A DNA stretch of 64,000 bases from Thermodesulfobacteriota bacterium (GCA_036781285.1 DAIQBH010000001.1:24856-88855); one strand, 5' to 3'. Positions 1 through 13,096 are shown, counted from the first letter of the stretch. Notes: generated from the letters alone by a model not told the origin. Translations and numbers: made by a program.

Positions 1-1250
1 AGGATCTTCTCGTCGCGGCCGGGTGCGATCCGCTGTGACCGAGTGGCGAGCAGTGCCGTGCGCGCATCGTTCAACATGGCAACGACTTCCGCGAGGGGAC
101 GCTGGAAGAGACGCGCAACCTGTTCGACGTCGATCGTGCGATTGAGGATGTTCTTGTGCTCGAAGTTTCCTTCCGGGCTCACGTCGTAGAAGCGGCTGAC
201 GATCTCCGAGTTTTCCTCGCCGACCGCGGCCGCGACCTCCTCCGGCGTCCAGACGAAGAACTTCCCCTCGACGCCCTCACTGTCGGCGTCCTGCGCCGAG
301 AAGAACCCGCCGGCGGGATGCGTCATCTCCCGCTGGACGTATGCCAAAGTCTCACGGGCGACGTTCGCGAATGTCGCGTCGCCGGTCGCCTGATACCCCT
401 CGAGGTAGAGCCGCACGAGGAGCGCGTTGTCGTACAGCATCTTCTCGAAGTGCGGCACGAGCCAGCGCGCATCGACGGAATAGCGGTGGAAACCACCGCC
501 GATCTGGTCGTACATGCCGCCCGCGGCCATCTTCCGGAGCGTGGTCACGACCATGTCGAGGAAATTGCGCTCGCCGGTCGCGTGCCACGCCCGCAGGAAC
601 AGCGAGAAGACCATCGTGTTGGGAAACTTGGGGGCGCCGCCGATGCCGCCGTTCTCGGCGTCGTAATGGCGGGTGAGAGCCCGCGCCGCGGCAAGCGGAA
701 GGTCCCTCGGGATTCCCCCGTCCGTCCCGTCGTGTTGCTCGCCCTGGCGAATGCCTTCGAGGATCGACGCGACGTTCTTCTGGATCTCGTCCGGCTTCTG
801 GCGGAAGGCCTCGGAAACACCGAGTAGGACGCGCGGAAACCCGGCCATGCCGTGACGGTCGACGGGAGGGAAGTACGTACCGCCCCAGAACGGCTCTCCC
901 GTTGGCGTGAGGAAGACCGTGAGCGGCCAACCGCCATGGCCCGTCAGCATCTGCACGGCGCTCATGTAGATGTGATCGAGGTCGGGGCGCTCTTCACGGT
1001 CGACCTTGATGCACACGAAGTGCTCGTTCATGAGCGCGGCGATGCGTTCGTCCTCGAACGACTCGCGCTCCATGACGTGACACCAGTGACACGCCGAGTA
1101 GCCGATACTGAGGAGGATCGGTTTGCTCTCACGACGCGCGCGGTCGAGCGCCTCCGGGCCCCAGGGGTACCAGTCGACCGGGTTGTGCGCGTGCTGGAGG
1201 AGGTACGGGCTGGTTTCGCGAATCAGCCGATTGGAGTGTGCCGCCGGCAC
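1..1250 (-). CDS. Thioredoxin-domain protein, YyaL/DUF255 family (spermatogenesis-associated protein 20-like). Only the N-terminal ~416 aa lie in the window; the gene runs off the left edge.
   Basis: Reverse-strand translation from a GTG at 1250 gives ...[60 protein letters not shown]..., the classic DUF255 N-terminus. It is open to position 1, so the ORF track (which needs a stop) did not list it. A GAGG sits 5 nt upstream of the GTG. Confidence 0.8.
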   Translation of the reverse strand, partial: MPAAHSNRLIRETSPYLLQHAHNPVDWYPWGPEALDRARRESKPILLSIGYSACHWCHVMERESFEDERIAALMNEHFVCIKVDREERPDLDHIYMSAVQMLTGHGGWPLTVFLTPTGEPFWGGTYFPPVDRHGMAGFPRVLLGVSEAFRQKPDEIQKNVASILEGIRQGEQHDGTDGGIPRDLPLAAARALTRHYDAENGGIGGAPKFPNTMVFSLFLRAWHATGERNFLDMVVTTLRKMAAGGMYDQIGGGFHRYSVDARWLVPHFEKMLYDNALLVRLYLEGYQATGDATFANVARETLAYVQREMTHPAGGFFSAQDADSEGVEGKFFVWTPEEVAAAVGEENSEIVSRFYDVSPEGNFEHKNILNRTIDVEQVARLFQRPLAEVVAMLNDARTALLATRSQRIAPGRDEKI

Positions 1251-1257
1251 GATCGCC

Positions 1258-2610
1258 TCAACGTCCGTTCTGAGAGTCGCTCGATTCCTTCCACGCGGCT
1301 AGCGTGTGAAGCCCGGCGCCCACCTGCACCGCGACGAGCTTCTGCAACGGTAGCGTCTGGAGATTACTCTGACCAGCGATCTGGCCGCAGATTTCCTCGA
1401 GGCGACGTCGCACGTGCCGCGACACGTCTTCGTTGCCGCGCGCGACCGCCAGCCGGTAGACCTCGCCGAGATACAGCATGTGATTGAAGACGCGGCAGAC
1501 GGTCGCGTCGAAGGCTTCGGCCCGCGTCGCCTCGCGAGAGTACTGCGGCGATTCCACCTCGCGCTTCAGCGCCGCGAGGCGCTTCGGTGTCTTCTTGGTG
1601 TAGTCGTCGACCGAGCGGTACAAACGGTCGCGCGGCGCGCCGCGCGATACGATCGCGAAGTACTCCCGGATGTCGTGGTAGATGGAGTCGACACGGAAAA
1701 CGCCCTGGAGAAGCGCCTCGCGGCGCGTGATACCGGCCGGCGAGCGGTCCTGCAGCACGGGATCGAAGTAATACGGGAGCTCCGTGACGAGCGAGTACCC
1801 GGCCGTCACCGTCTTCAGGTAGTCGTCCGAGCTCGTGCCGGCGTCGATGTACGGCGCCGGATCCTCGGTCAGGTTGCGCGCCAGGTAGTCGTACGTCTCC
1901 TGGACGCCGAAGAGCGCGTAAACACCCTCGTCGAAACGCTTCATGTACGGCACTTCGGGCTCGCCCTGATGGATGGGCAATCCTTGCGACGCGACGACGC
2001 GTCGTAGGCGCGGGAACAGCCCCGGAAGCGGACGGGAGACGTAGAAATAGACGCCGCAGAAGCCCGCGTTGTGCAGGGAGTAGAGGAAGGTCGGACGGCT
2101 CTGCTCCATGACCTCCATTACCGCCTTCGTTTCCGGACACGGCGACTGGAAGTGGAGACTCTTGTAGTGGACCGGGAAACTCCACTCGACCTGCTCGCGA
2201 TGCGGCGGCCTATAGTAGTTCAGCGCGTACGTGAGCGGAGTGAACGGTTGTTTGAACCAGCCTTCGTTCAGAACCGTCCCGTCGGGATCGGCGCACTTGA
2301 TGACGTAGAACGTGTAACCGAGCTCGTCGCGGAGGTCGTCGTCCTCGCAGAGACGGCGCGTGAGGAACTCCAGCGTGAGGGTGCCGATCGGCTCGTTCGG
2401 GTGGGGGGTGCCGAGCAGGAGCGCGCGCTTGGGTCCGTTGCCGATCGTCAACATTTCGATCGGACGCCCTTCCGTGGACGTGCCGATCGTCTGCAAGGTG
2501 ACGAGCTTGGGATACCGGCGAGCCAGATCACGCGAGCTCGCCGAAAGCTCCTGGACGGTGAGAAACTCGTGATACTCGGGTACGTCTCCGATCAGCTGGT
2601 AGACATCCAT
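1258..2610 (-). CDS. M14-family zinc carboxypeptidase-like protein
   Basis: 450-aa ORF with a [10 protein letters not shown] (HxxE) zinc motif and M14-like architecture. Its stop lies 7 nt before the YyaL-like start. Confidence 0.6.
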   Translation of the reverse strand: MDVYQLIGDVPEYHEFLTVQELSASSRDLARRYPKLVTLQTIGTSTEGRPIEMLTIGNGPKRALLLGTPHPNEPIGTLTLEFLTRRLCEDDDLRDELGYTFYVIKCADPDGTVLNEGWFKQPFTPLTYALNYYRPPHREQVEWSFPVHYKSLHFQSPCPETKAVMEVMEQSRPTFLYSLHNAGFCGVYFYVSRPLPGLFPRLRRVVASQGLPIHQGEPEVPYMKRFDEGVYALFGVQETYDYLARNLTEDPAPYIDAGTSSDDYLKTVTAGYSLVTELPYYFDPVLQDRSPAGITRREALLQGVFRVDSIYHDIREYFAIVSRGAPRDRLYRSVDDYTKKTPKRLAALKREVESPQYSREATRAEAFDATVCRVFNHMLYLGEVYRLAVARGNEDVSRHVRRRLEEICGQIAGQSNLQTLPLQKLVAVQVGAGLHTLAAWKESSDSQNGR

Positions 2611-2671
2611 GCGGGCCGAGAAGCTACCACACGGGTCCAGAGCGCGAAAGGAAACGCGTGCGTGACGCTCC

Positions 2672-3901
2672 CTATGAGAGCTCCTTGCTCGAATATCCGA
2701 GGATGCGACGCGCGATGATCATCATGTTGATCTGCTGCGTGCCCTCGAAGATGTCGTTGATCTTGGCATCGCGCATCCACTTCTCGAGCATGAGGTCGCG
2801 CGAATAGCCGAGCGGGCCGAGCAGCTCGACGGCCTTCTGCGTGATTTGCGTCACGACGAGGCCGGCTTTTGCCTTCGCCATCGAGGCTTCGAGGTTGTTC
2901 TTCTGACCGCGATCCATCATCCAGGCCGCGCGCCACGTGAGGAGTCGCGCGGCTTGGAGATTGGCTTCCATGTCCATGAAGTCACGCTCGATGACGGTGA
3001 GCTTGTGCGTCGCGATTCCGTAGCGAATCGGGATATTCTGGCGCTTCAGCTCCTCGCGAACGAAATCGAGCGCGGCGCGACCGACGCCGAGCGCGCTTGC
3101 GGCGACGATAGGGCGCGTAGCGTCGAACGTGGCCATGACGCCCTTGAAGCCCTCGCTCGTCTTTGGGACCTCGGCGCTGCCGAGAATGTGATCGAAGGGG
3201 ATACGGCAGTCCTCGAAGATGAGTGTTGCGGTGTCCGAGGCGCGGATCCCGAGCTTGTCCTCGCATTTCGCGACCGTCATGCCGGGTGTTCCGGCGTTCA
3301 CGATGAACGACTTGATGCCGGCGCGGCCGGCCGACCGGTCGACGGTCGCCCACACGACGATGAACCCATTGGACTTCGACGGATCACCGGCCATGAGCCC
3401 GCTCGTGCAGAAAATTTTCGTGCCGTTCAGTACCCAATGGTCACCGTCGCGGACGGCGGTCGTCTGGATCGCTGCGCTGTCCGAGCCGCAGCCCGGCTCG
3501 GTGATGGCCATCGCCGACCAGACCGGCTTCTCGCCTTTGAAACGCGACAGGAACCGCTCCTTCTGCTCCGGCGTTCCCGCGGCCATGACGGCGGCGCCGC
3601 CGAGACCCGGGCCCGGCATCGCGAGGTAGAGGCCGGCGTCGCCCCACGAGAGCTCCTCGACGGCAACGCACGTGCGCAGGTTGCGCTCCGCGTCGGCCCG
3701 CGGCTCCTTCTTGTCTTTTTCGCGTCCCGGGCCGATTCCGGAGTTCTTCGAGAGCTGCCACATCATGTTGATGAAGTCCCACGGCTTCTCGTGCTCGCGC
3801 TCGTCGTAGTCGCGCGCGATCGGGCGCATGGCGTGCTCCGCGAGCATGTGCAGCTGTTCGCGCGTGGCGGCGATGTCTGGAGAGAGCTCGTAATCGATCA
3901 T
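2672..3901 (-). CDS. Acyl-CoA dehydrogenase
   Basis: 409 aa with a typical ACAD N-terminus and the C-terminal catalytic IFEGTQQI motif. Confidence 0.85.
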   Translation of the reverse strand: MIDYELSPDIAATREQLHMLAEHAMRPIARDYDEREHEKPWDFINMMWQLSKNSGIGPGREKDKKEPRADAERNLRTCVAVEELSWGDAGLYLAMPGPGLGGAAVMAAGTPEQKERFLSRFKGEKPVWSAMAITEPGCGSDSAAIQTTAVRDGDHWVLNGTKIFCTSGLMAGDPSKSNGFIVVWATVDRSAGRAGIKSFIVNAGTPGMTVAKCEDKLGIRASDTATLIFEDCRIPFDHILGSAEVPKTSEGFKGVMATFDATRPIVAASALGVGRAALDFVREELKRQNIPIRYGIATHKLTVIERDFMDMEANLQAARLLTWRAAWMMDRGQKNNLEASMAKAKAGLVVTQITQKAVELLGPLGYSRDLMLEKWMRDAKINDIFEGTQQINMMIIARRILGYSSKELS

Positions 3902-3923
3902 GACTTGGTCTCCTTATCCGAGG

Positions 3924-5030
3924 TCAGGCGATCGCCAGACCTTCGAGCATCGAGAAACTACGCGCGTTTCGCAGGAAGAGCTCCACGAGATGGTCGCGGA
4001 TGTAGCCGTGTCCGCCGAGCACCTGGACGGCGTTGTCGGTGATCTTGAGCGCCATGTCCGAAGTGTAACGCTTCGCGAGATGCGCCTCGCGGGTCGCGTC
4101 CTCGTGACGATCGAGCCGCCAGGCTGCTTCCCAAACGAGGAGGCGCATGGCATCGACCTCCATCGCCATCTCGGCGAGCATGAACGCGATGGCCTGCTTC
4201 TGCGCTATGGCTTGCCCGAACGCGCGCCGATCGCGTGCATAGTCGCGCGCATAGTCGTAAGCAGCACGCGCGACGCCGACCGCCATCGCGCCCTGTGCGA
4301 CGCGCCACAGGTTCGCCAGCCGTGCCGACGCCGCTTCGTTGCCGTCGAGCAGCTGCTCGCGCGGGATCTTGCACCCGTCGAAGGTGATGCGAGTGGTGGC
4401 GAGCGCCTTGAGGCCCATGTTCCGTTCGCGCTCGCCGACCGTGAGCCCCGGCGTCTCGCGATCCACGAGGAGCGCCTGCGCGTGCGGCGCGCCCGTACCG
4501 TTCGCGAGGCTCGCAATCACGAGAAACTGTCGCGCCTCGTTGCCGAGCGGAACGAGGCACTTCTCCCCCGTCAAGACGAAATCGTCGCCGTCGCGCTTCA
4601 GCGTCGTCGCGGGTGCCGACGCGTCGAAATCCATGCGCGGCTCCATGACCGCCGCCGATGCGGCCTCGAACCGCTCGCCGCAAAACCTCGGCAGGACGCT
4701 CCGTTTGAGCGCGTCGGAGCCGAACTCGAGCGTCGGCACCGTGACGAGCCGAGGAGCGAGAAGATGAGTCGCGATCGAGAGGTCGCCGTACGCCAGCTCT
4801 TCCGCCACGACCGCTCCGGTGATCGCCGAGTGCGCGTTTCCGAAGCCTCCCAGATCCTCCGGGATGACGCTCTGGACGAGACCCAGCTCCCACCCCTTCT
4901 GGACGAGATCGGCAGGAATCACGCCCTTCTCGTCGGCCTCGCGGGCGTGCGGGCGCATCTCGTCGCGCGCGAAGCTGACGACGGTATCGCGGATGAGCTG
5001 CTGATCCTCGTCGAGCTCGAAGTTGATCAT
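3924..5030 (-). CDS. Acyl-CoA dehydrogenase, second tandem copy
   Basis: 368 aa ACAD-like (MINFELDEDQQLIRD...). The C-terminus is shorter than typical. Its start overlaps the TetR gene by ATGA. Confidence 0.8.
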   Translation of the reverse strand: MINFELDEDQQLIRDTVVSFARDEMRPHAREADEKGVIPADLVQKGWELGLVQSVIPEDLGGFGNAHSAITGAVVAEELAYGDLSIATHLLAPRLVTVPTLEFGSDALKRSVLPRFCGERFEAASAAVMEPRMDFDASAPATTLKRDGDDFVLTGEKCLVPLGNEARQFLVIASLANGTGAPHAQALLVDRETPGLTVGERERNMGLKALATTRITFDGCKIPREQLLDGNEAASARLANLWRVAQGAMAVGVARAAYDYARDYARDRRAFGQAIAQKQAIAFMLAEMAMEVDAMRLLVWEAAWRLDRHEDATREAHLAKRYTSDMALKITDNAVQVLGGHGYIRDHLVELFLRNARSFSMLEGLAIA

Positions 5031-5737
5031 TGGGGCTCCTTCCTGGCGTCGCGTCGGGATCGCTTCCCGACGGCGGACGAACGGCGTGGCTTGACGGACG
5101 GTTGTACGGTCAGGAGCGCCATGAGTTGCGAGACGACCCCTTGCATGGCGGTCGCGAGATCGACGCGCTCCGCGTCCTGATAGTGCTGTAGCTCGGCGCC
5201 AATGACGCCGCCGGCGAAGAGTTGGGCGGCGAGCGCCGGCTCGATGTCACGGCGGAAGACACCTTGCTCCTGGCCGACACGGACGATCCCGGCGAGGTAG
5301 CTGCGAAAGCGCCGCAGGATGCCGCGAAACGACTCGGATAGGCGAGGGTTCGTGTCCAGCGCCTCGACCATCAGCGTCAGGATGAAGCGTCGCAAGTTGT
5401 TCTTCGTCGCGATGTGCACGCACACGCGGGCAATCTCTGCGAGTGCACCGGACGGATCGGTCGTGGGGCTGACGGAACCGAGCACGCGTTGCTCGAACTC
5501 TCCGATGCGATCTTGAACCGCCTCGAACAGGAGCTCTTCCTTGTCTCGGAAATGGTAGTAGAGCGCGCCTTTGGTGACGCCAGCGGCGCTCGCGATCCGG
5601 TCGATCGAGGTGCCCTGGTAGCCGTAGCGAGCGAAGCAGTCGATCGCGATCGCCATCAGCTCCTTGCGTCCACGGCTCGGCGCTTTCGGTCGTGCGTCGC
5701 CGGCATTTACGGGCGTGGCGGCCGTCCGGGAAGACAT
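5027..5737 (-). CDS. TetR/AcrR-family transcriptional regulator
   Basis: HTH signature GVTKGALYYHFRDKEELLFEAV, 236 aa. It sits upstream of, and is translationally coupled to, the ACAD pair. Confidence 0.85.
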   Translation of the reverse strand: MSSRTAATPVNAGDARPKAPSRGRKELMAIAIDCFARYGYQGTSIDRIASAAGVTKGALYYHFRDKEELLFEAVQDRIGEFEQRVLGSVSPTTDPSGALAEIARVCVHIATKNNLRRFILTLMVEALDTNPRLSESFRGILRRFRSYLAGIVRVGQEQGVFRRDIEPALAAQLFAGGVIGAELQHYQDAERVDLATAMQGVVSQLMALLTVQPSVKPRRSSAVGKRSRRDARKEPQ

Positions 5738-5845
5738 ACTGAACGTTTAGTATCGTAGTGAACGTCAGTCAACAACGGCTAAGCTCCCGTCCCGTCACGT
5801 GGAAACGCTGGCGAACGGCGCGGCCCATCGCTATGGTCCCGGTCC

Positions 5846-6745
5846 ATGTTCGAGCGGAACCGGATCGCGGAAACGCTCCGGAGCGCACGCGAGGAACGAG
5901 GATTGTCGCTCGAGCAGGCCGCTCAGCGGGCCGGCATTCCTCTTCAGTATCTTCGCCTGCTCGAAGGAGAGTCGAACGTCCGCGTCGGCGTGTCCGACGA
6001 GCTCTACCTCATTCCTTTCTTCCGGAAGTACGCGGCGTTCATGGGTATCGACGCCGAGGGTCTCCTTCCGGAATTCCTCGGGATGGTGCAGCAGATTCCC
6101 GGGGAAGGTAGCCCGCCGATCCGTCTCGACTACCGTCCGCGCTGGACGTTCCTATGGAAGCCGCTCGCAGTGATCACGACGATCACCGTCGCCGTCTTCC
6201 TGATGCTGCGGCAGGGACACGACCGACCGGCGTTCGACGACTCGATTGCATCCGAACCACGGATGGAGCCGACCGTCGGCCCCTGGCCGGCGGGAGCGTC
6301 ACCGACCGGCGTGCCCGAGGCGACCGTGGCGCCAACAGCGGAATCGGTGCCAACTGCCGCCGGTGCGGGGGTCGTTGCCTCGCTCACTCCGGTTGCCCAC
6401 ACGGCAACGCCGCGCGTGACACCGGCCGTCGTTACCGGCGCGCACGAGCTCCGCATCACGGCCAAGGAAGAGACGTGGATGTCCCTCGCGCTGAACGATC
6501 TGCCCGCGAAGCAGTACATGCTACGGCCCGAGGAGACGCGCACCTGGCAGGCGGACGTGTTCGCGTTGACCGTCGGGAACGCGGGCGGTATCACGCTCGC
6601 CGTCGATGGTCAGGAGCTGCCGCCGGTGGGGCGTCCAGGCCAGGTGGTTCGCAACTTGCGGCTCCCCGGGACCGCGCCCCGTGCCGCATCCCCAGCACCG
6701 TCGTCGTCGACCGCGCCTACCCCATCGCCCAGCGAGCAGCGATGA
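5846..6745 (+). CDS. RodZ-like protein (XRE-type HTH, single TM helix, C-terminal DUF4115)
   Basis: N-terminal GLSLEQAAQRAGIPLQYLRLLE HTH, a hydrophobic TM segment, a Pro/Ala-rich linker, and a C-terminal DUF4115-like block (ELRITAKEETWMSLALND...GNAGGITLAVDGQEL). Confidence 0.7.
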   Translation: MFERNRIAETLRSAREERGLSLEQAAQRAGIPLQYLRLLEGESNVRVGVSDELYLIPFFRKYAAFMGIDAEGLLPEFLGMVQQIPGEGSPPIRLDYRPRWTFLWKPLAVITTITVAVFLMLRQGHDRPAFDDSIASEPRMEPTVGPWPAGASPTGVPEATVAPTAESVPTAAGAGVVASLTPVAHTATPRVTPAVVTGAHELRITAKEETWMSLALNDLPAKQYMLRPEETRTWQADVFALTVGNAGGITLAVDGQELPPVGRPGQVVRNLRLPGTAPRAASPAPSSSTAPTPSPSEQR

Positions 6746-7107
6746 AACGGGTTCTACTCTGGGTGATGGCCGTCTTCTACATTCTCGCCGGGATCAACCA
6801 CTTCGTGCAGCCGGCCGTCTACCTGCCGATGATGCCCCCGTATCTCCCGTGGCACCTGGCGCTCGTGTATCTCTCCGGGGTGGCCGAAGTCGGCCTCGGT
6901 ATCGCGATACTGGTTCCTGCCTGGCGGAAAATGGCCGCATGGGGCCTTATCCTCCTGCTAGTCGCGATCTTCCCTGCGAATCTCCACATCGCGATCCACA
7001 ACGTGCCGCTCTTCGGCAACACCGAGGGCTTCGGAGCGTGGAATTGGGTCCGCCTACCGTTTCAGGCGGTGCTCATCGCGTGGGCGTGGTGGTACACCCG
7101 CGACTGA
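6742..7107 (+). CDS. DoxX-family membrane protein
   Basis: 121-aa hydrophobic protein (MKRVLLWVMAVFYILAGINHFVQP...). Its ATG overlaps the upstream stop as ATGA. The 5' part of track ORF 6154..7107 is Arg-rich junk. Confidence 0.6.
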   Translation: MKRVLLWVMAVFYILAGINHFVQPAVYLPMMPPYLPWHLALVYLSGVAEVGLGIAILVPAWRKMAAWGLILLLVAIFPANLHIAIHNVPLFGNTEGFGAWNWVRLPFQAVLIAWAWWYTRD

Positions 7108-7126
7108 CAGGACTGAACGCCGGGGC

Positions 7127-7539
7127 TCAGGCCTTTTCGGCGGCAGCGGCGACGCGCGCCGTCTGCTGATCGAGCGCGCGGCGCGCGACCACATATTCCG
7201 GCGCGTCGACGTCGAGCGTGGCGAGCGTGCCCTCGGCCTCTTGTTGCGCCCGACGCGCCGTCTCGAGGTCGATCTGGCGCGCTGGCTCGGCGCCGTCCGC
7301 CAGCACGGTCATCACGTTGTCCACGACCTCGGCGTAGCCGCCGAAGATCGCAACCACGTGACGCTGTGTGCCTATCCGATAGATCAATCGTCCCGGCGCA
7401 AGGGACGTCAGGAACGTGATGTGATCCGGAAGGACCCCGAACTCGCCGGCGACGCCCGGCGCGATCACTTCCTCGACCTCTTCGTCGAGGAGCAAGCGCT
7501 CGGGGGTGACGATCCGAAGTCGAAAGCTGGTCGCCGCCA

Positions 7540-7540
<1 letters not shown>
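7127..7540 (-). CDS. atpC: F1 ATP synthase epsilon subunit
   Basis: 137 aa (MAATSFRLRIVTPERLLLDEEVEEVIAPGVAGEFGVLPDHITFLTSL) at the last position of the F1 operon. Confidence 0.92.
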
Positions 7541-9828
<2,288 letters not shown>

Positions 9829-9829
<1 letters not shown>

Positions 9830-11337
9830 CAGGCGGCAAACCGACCTTTGAACTCTTCGAGGACCGCGTTCAGCTGTGTCTTCACTTCCGCGGTGAGCTC
9901 GCGCTTCTCGCGGAGCGCAGCGAGGGCCTGCGGGTGCTTGCTCTCGACGAAATCGAAAAGCTCCGACTCGTAGCGCGGCATGGCCTCGGCGGGGAGCGTG
10001 TCGATGAAACCGTTCGTCGCTGCGTAGACGACGAGCACTTGCTTCTCGACCGCCTGCGGCTGCAGCTGCGGTTGCTTCAGAATCTCGACCAGACGCACCC
10101 CGCGCGCGAGCATCTTCTGCGTCGACGCGTCGAGATCGGAGCCGAACTGCGCGAACGCAGCCATCTCACGGAACTGGGCGAGATCGAGACGGAGCGTGCC
10201 TGCGACCTGCTTCATCGCCTTGATCTGCGCGGCACCGCCGACGCGCGAGACCGAGAGACCGACGTTCACGGCCGGCCGAACGCCGGAGAAGAACAAGTCG
10301 CTTTCGAGATAGATCTGACCGTCGGTGATCGAAATGACGTTCGTGGGAATGTACGCCGACACGTCGCCGGCCTGCGTCTCGATGATCGGCAGCGCCGTCA
10401 GGGAGCCCCCACCTTCGGCTGCGCTCATCTTCGCAGCGCGCTCGAGAAGGCGCGAGTGCAGATAGAAGACGTCACCGGGGAAAGCTTCGCGGCCCGGCGG
10501 ACGGCGAAGCAGGAGCGAGAGCTGACGATACGCGACGGCGTGCTTGGAAAGATCGTCGTAGATGATGAGCGCGTGCTGGCCGCTGTCGCGGAAATACTCG
10601 CCCATCGCGCAGCCCGTGTAAGGCGCGATGAACTGAAGCGGCGCTGCCTCGGAGGCGGTCGCCGCGACGACGGTCGTGTATTCCATCGCGCCCGCGCGCG
10701 TCAGCTTCTCGACGACCTGCGCAACCGTCGAACGCTTTTGCCCAACCGCCACGTAGATGCACGTCACGTCGCCGCCACGTTGATTCACGATCGTGTCGAG
10801 CGCGACGGCGGTCTTCCCGGTCTGGCGATCGCCGATGATGAGCTCGCGCTGACCACGCCCGATCGGAATCATGGTGTCGATTGCCTTGATGCCAGTCTGG
10901 AGTGGCTCTTTCACGGGCTGGCGCGAAACGATACCGGGGGCCTTCAGCTCGATGCGGCGGTTCTCGGTGCTGGCGATGGGGCCTTTGCCGTCGATCGGTA
11001 GACCGAGTGCATTGACGACGCGGCCGCGCACGCCAGGTCCGACCGGCACCTCGGCGATGCGACCCGTACGCCGTACCTCGTCGCCCTCGCCGATGGCGCG
11101 CGTCTCGCCGAAGAGCACGGCGCCGACGTTGTCCTCTTCGAGGTTCAGCACCATGCCGAAGATGTCGTGCGGGAACTGGAGAAGCTCGCCGGCAGCCGCC
11201 TTGTCGAGACCGTAGATCCGCGCGATGCCGTCGCCGCAGGACAACACGACTCCGGTCTCACGAACCTCGAGCTCCCGATTGTAATCGGCGATCTGCTGTT
11301 TGATGATGTCGCTGATCTCTGCGGCGCGAATCTCCAT
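9829..11337 (-). CDS. atpA: F1 ATP synthase alpha subunit
   Basis: 502 aa with the P-loop GDRQTGKT. Confidence 0.98.
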
Positions 11338-11358
11338 TGCTGATCCTTTCTCAGTGCT

Positions 11359-11898
11359 TCAACTGCCAGTCGCCATCTCGTGCTGCAGCTTGCCGAGCTC
11401 GGTGCGCAAACTCCCGTCGTAGACCCGGCCATCGACCTCGACGATCACGCCGGCGATGAGATCGGGGACGACTTCGACGCGGGCGACGACCTGCTTGCCG
11501 GTGATCGTGCCGAACGTGCGCGTGATTTCCTCGATCATTTCGGGCGACAGCGCGGACGCGCTGCGGATCGTCGCGCGCTTGATGCCGCGTTCGGTGTCGA
11601 GCAGACGCTCGAACACGGCGCGGATCGGGGGCGCGTGACTGATGCGCTCGTGGTCGGCGAGCAGCATCATGAAGTCGCGAACGGTCGCCGGCGCGTTGGC
11701 TGCCTCGACGATCTTGGCGAGGAAGGCCCGTTTGCGTTCGCGCCGGACCGGACCGGTGAGGATACGCATGACGTTCGGGTCGGCGACGGCGTCGGCAATC
11801 GTCGCAAGCGACGCGCCGACGGTGTCCAGTGCCTGCTGCGATTTGGCGAGCGTGAAGAGCGCTCGGCCATAACGACGGGCTACGGTGTCGGCTCTCAT
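11359..11898 (-). CDS. atpH: ATP synthase delta (OSCP) subunit
   Basis: 179 aa (MRADTVARRYGRALFTLAK...). Confidence 0.9.
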   Translation of the reverse strand: MRADTVARRYGRALFTLAKSQQALDTVGASLATIADAVADPNVMRILTGPVRRERKRAFLAKIVEAANAPATVRDFMMLLADHERISHAPPIRAVFERLLDTERGIKRATIRSASALSPEMIEEITRTFGTITGKQVVARVEVVPDLIAGVIVEVDGRVYDGSLRTELGKLQHEMATGS

Positions 11899-12572
11899 CG
11901 GGTGGCCGCTTCCTTCAAAAATTGCTGCACGAAGGTGCGTTGGTCGTCAGCGGTGAGTGCGGTGCGAATGCGTTGCTCCGCGAGGTTCGCCGCCTCGCGA
12001 GCAAGCTCGGCACGGACTTCCCCGAGGGCGCGTCGGCTTTCCTGCTCGGCGAGGAGCGCGGCGTCCGCGACGCGGCGTTTACCCGAGTCTTCGGCTTGGG
12101 CAACGAGTCGCTCGGCCTGGCGCGTTGCGATTGCGACGAGATCTTGTCGGAGGCCTTCCGCCTCGGTCTTCAAGCCGGCGAGGCGCATCTTCTTCGCGGC
12201 GAGAGCCTGTTCGGCATGGGCGAGGGCGGCGCTTCCCTCCGATTCCGCCTGGACCACGTCGGCGCGGCGGCGGCGCAGAAACTCACGCATCGCTGGGATC
12301 ACGAAGCGGACGATGATGACGAAATAAATGGCGAAGTTGATCGCTGGGAACAGAAGGTCGCTCAGTGCCGGCGCATGGTGATGAGCGTCGTCGTGATGAC
12401 CTTCGGTGTGGGGCGCGTCGTCACCATGCGGATCCGCATGCCCGGCGTGACCGTCGGCGGCATCATGTGCTGGTGACGCGGCAAAGACGGACGTCGGGGC
12501 GCCGAAACTGGGCGCAAGCGCGAAGGCGATCACGAGGATGAGGGGTCGGAGCATCTTCGAGGACGGCCTCAT
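11895..12572 (-). CDS. atpF: ATP synthase b subunit carrying an N-terminal signal-peptide-like segment and a His/Asp-rich tract
   Basis: 225 aa: signal-like MRPSSKMLRPLILVIAFALAPSFGAPTSVFAA, then a 10-His tract (HAGHADPHGDDAPHTEGHHDDAHHH), then a TM helix and the b-type coiled coil. ATGA overlap with atpF'. Confidence 0.85.
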   Translation of the reverse strand: MRPSSKMLRPLILVIAFALAPSFGAPTSVFAASPAHDAADGHAGHADPHGDDAPHTEGHHDDAHHHAPALSDLLFPAINFAIYFVIIVRFVIPAMREFLRRRRADVVQAESEGSAALAHAEQALAAKKMRLAGLKTEAEGLRQDLVAIATRQAERLVAQAEDSGKRRVADAALLAEQESRRALGEVRAELAREAANLAEQRIRTALTADDQRTFVQQFLKEAATR

Positions 12573-13000
12573 GCCGCGCGACCCAGAACGCGACGAACGA
12601 CACTATCAGCGAGGCGCGACGCTTCGGACGCGAGCGGAGCGCGTGCCGTCTCGACCTGCGCCCGGGTCTCGCCACGGGCGCGTTCGAGGAGCGCGGCGGC
12701 CTCGTCGCGATAGCGAGCGACGATTCCGTGCTCGGTGCTCTCGGCCTGTCGACGGATGTCGTCAGCGCGATCGGCACCTTCCTTTTTGGCCGCCGCCAGC
12801 CCGGCCTGAATCGTCGCGTCGATCTCCGCCGCTTCGGTCGTTAGCGCGTCGGCGCGATCACGCGCACCACTCGTCCGAACCGCACGTGCCTTCAACGCCT
12901 GCTGCATCGGCGTGAATAGAAGCACGCGCATCAGCTGCCAGAACACGACGAAGCCGACGAGCTGAATGACGAAAGTTATGTCAGGGGGTAGCTTGATCAC
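12569..13000 (-). CDS. ATP synthase b' subunit
   Basis: 143 aa with an N-terminal TM helix and an Ala/Arg/Glu-rich coiled coil. It is the first gene of the minus-strand atp operon. Confidence 0.85.
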   Translation of the reverse strand: MIKLPPDITFVIQLVGFVVFWQLMRVLLFTPMQQALKARAVRTSGARDRADALTTEAAEIDATIQAGLAAAKKEGADRADDIRRQAESTEHGIVARYRDEAAALLERARGETRAQVETARAPLASEASRLADSVVRRVLGRAA

Positions 13001-13096
13001 GAAATCACTATGAGATGTTGGGTGGAGACTTCAGTCGAAATGACCCGATTCGACTGAGGTCGGGAATGAACCAACGGGCTCGGACCAACGCGAAGT

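Noticed and set aside
156-1487. Track ORFs 156..827(+), 352..930(-), 852..1487(+) and several shorter ones
   Set aside because: All are Arg/Gly/Pro-rich shadow frames overlapping the minus-strand YyaL-like gene. That gene translates cleanly into a DUF255 thioredoxin domain from the GTG at 1250 to the window edge.
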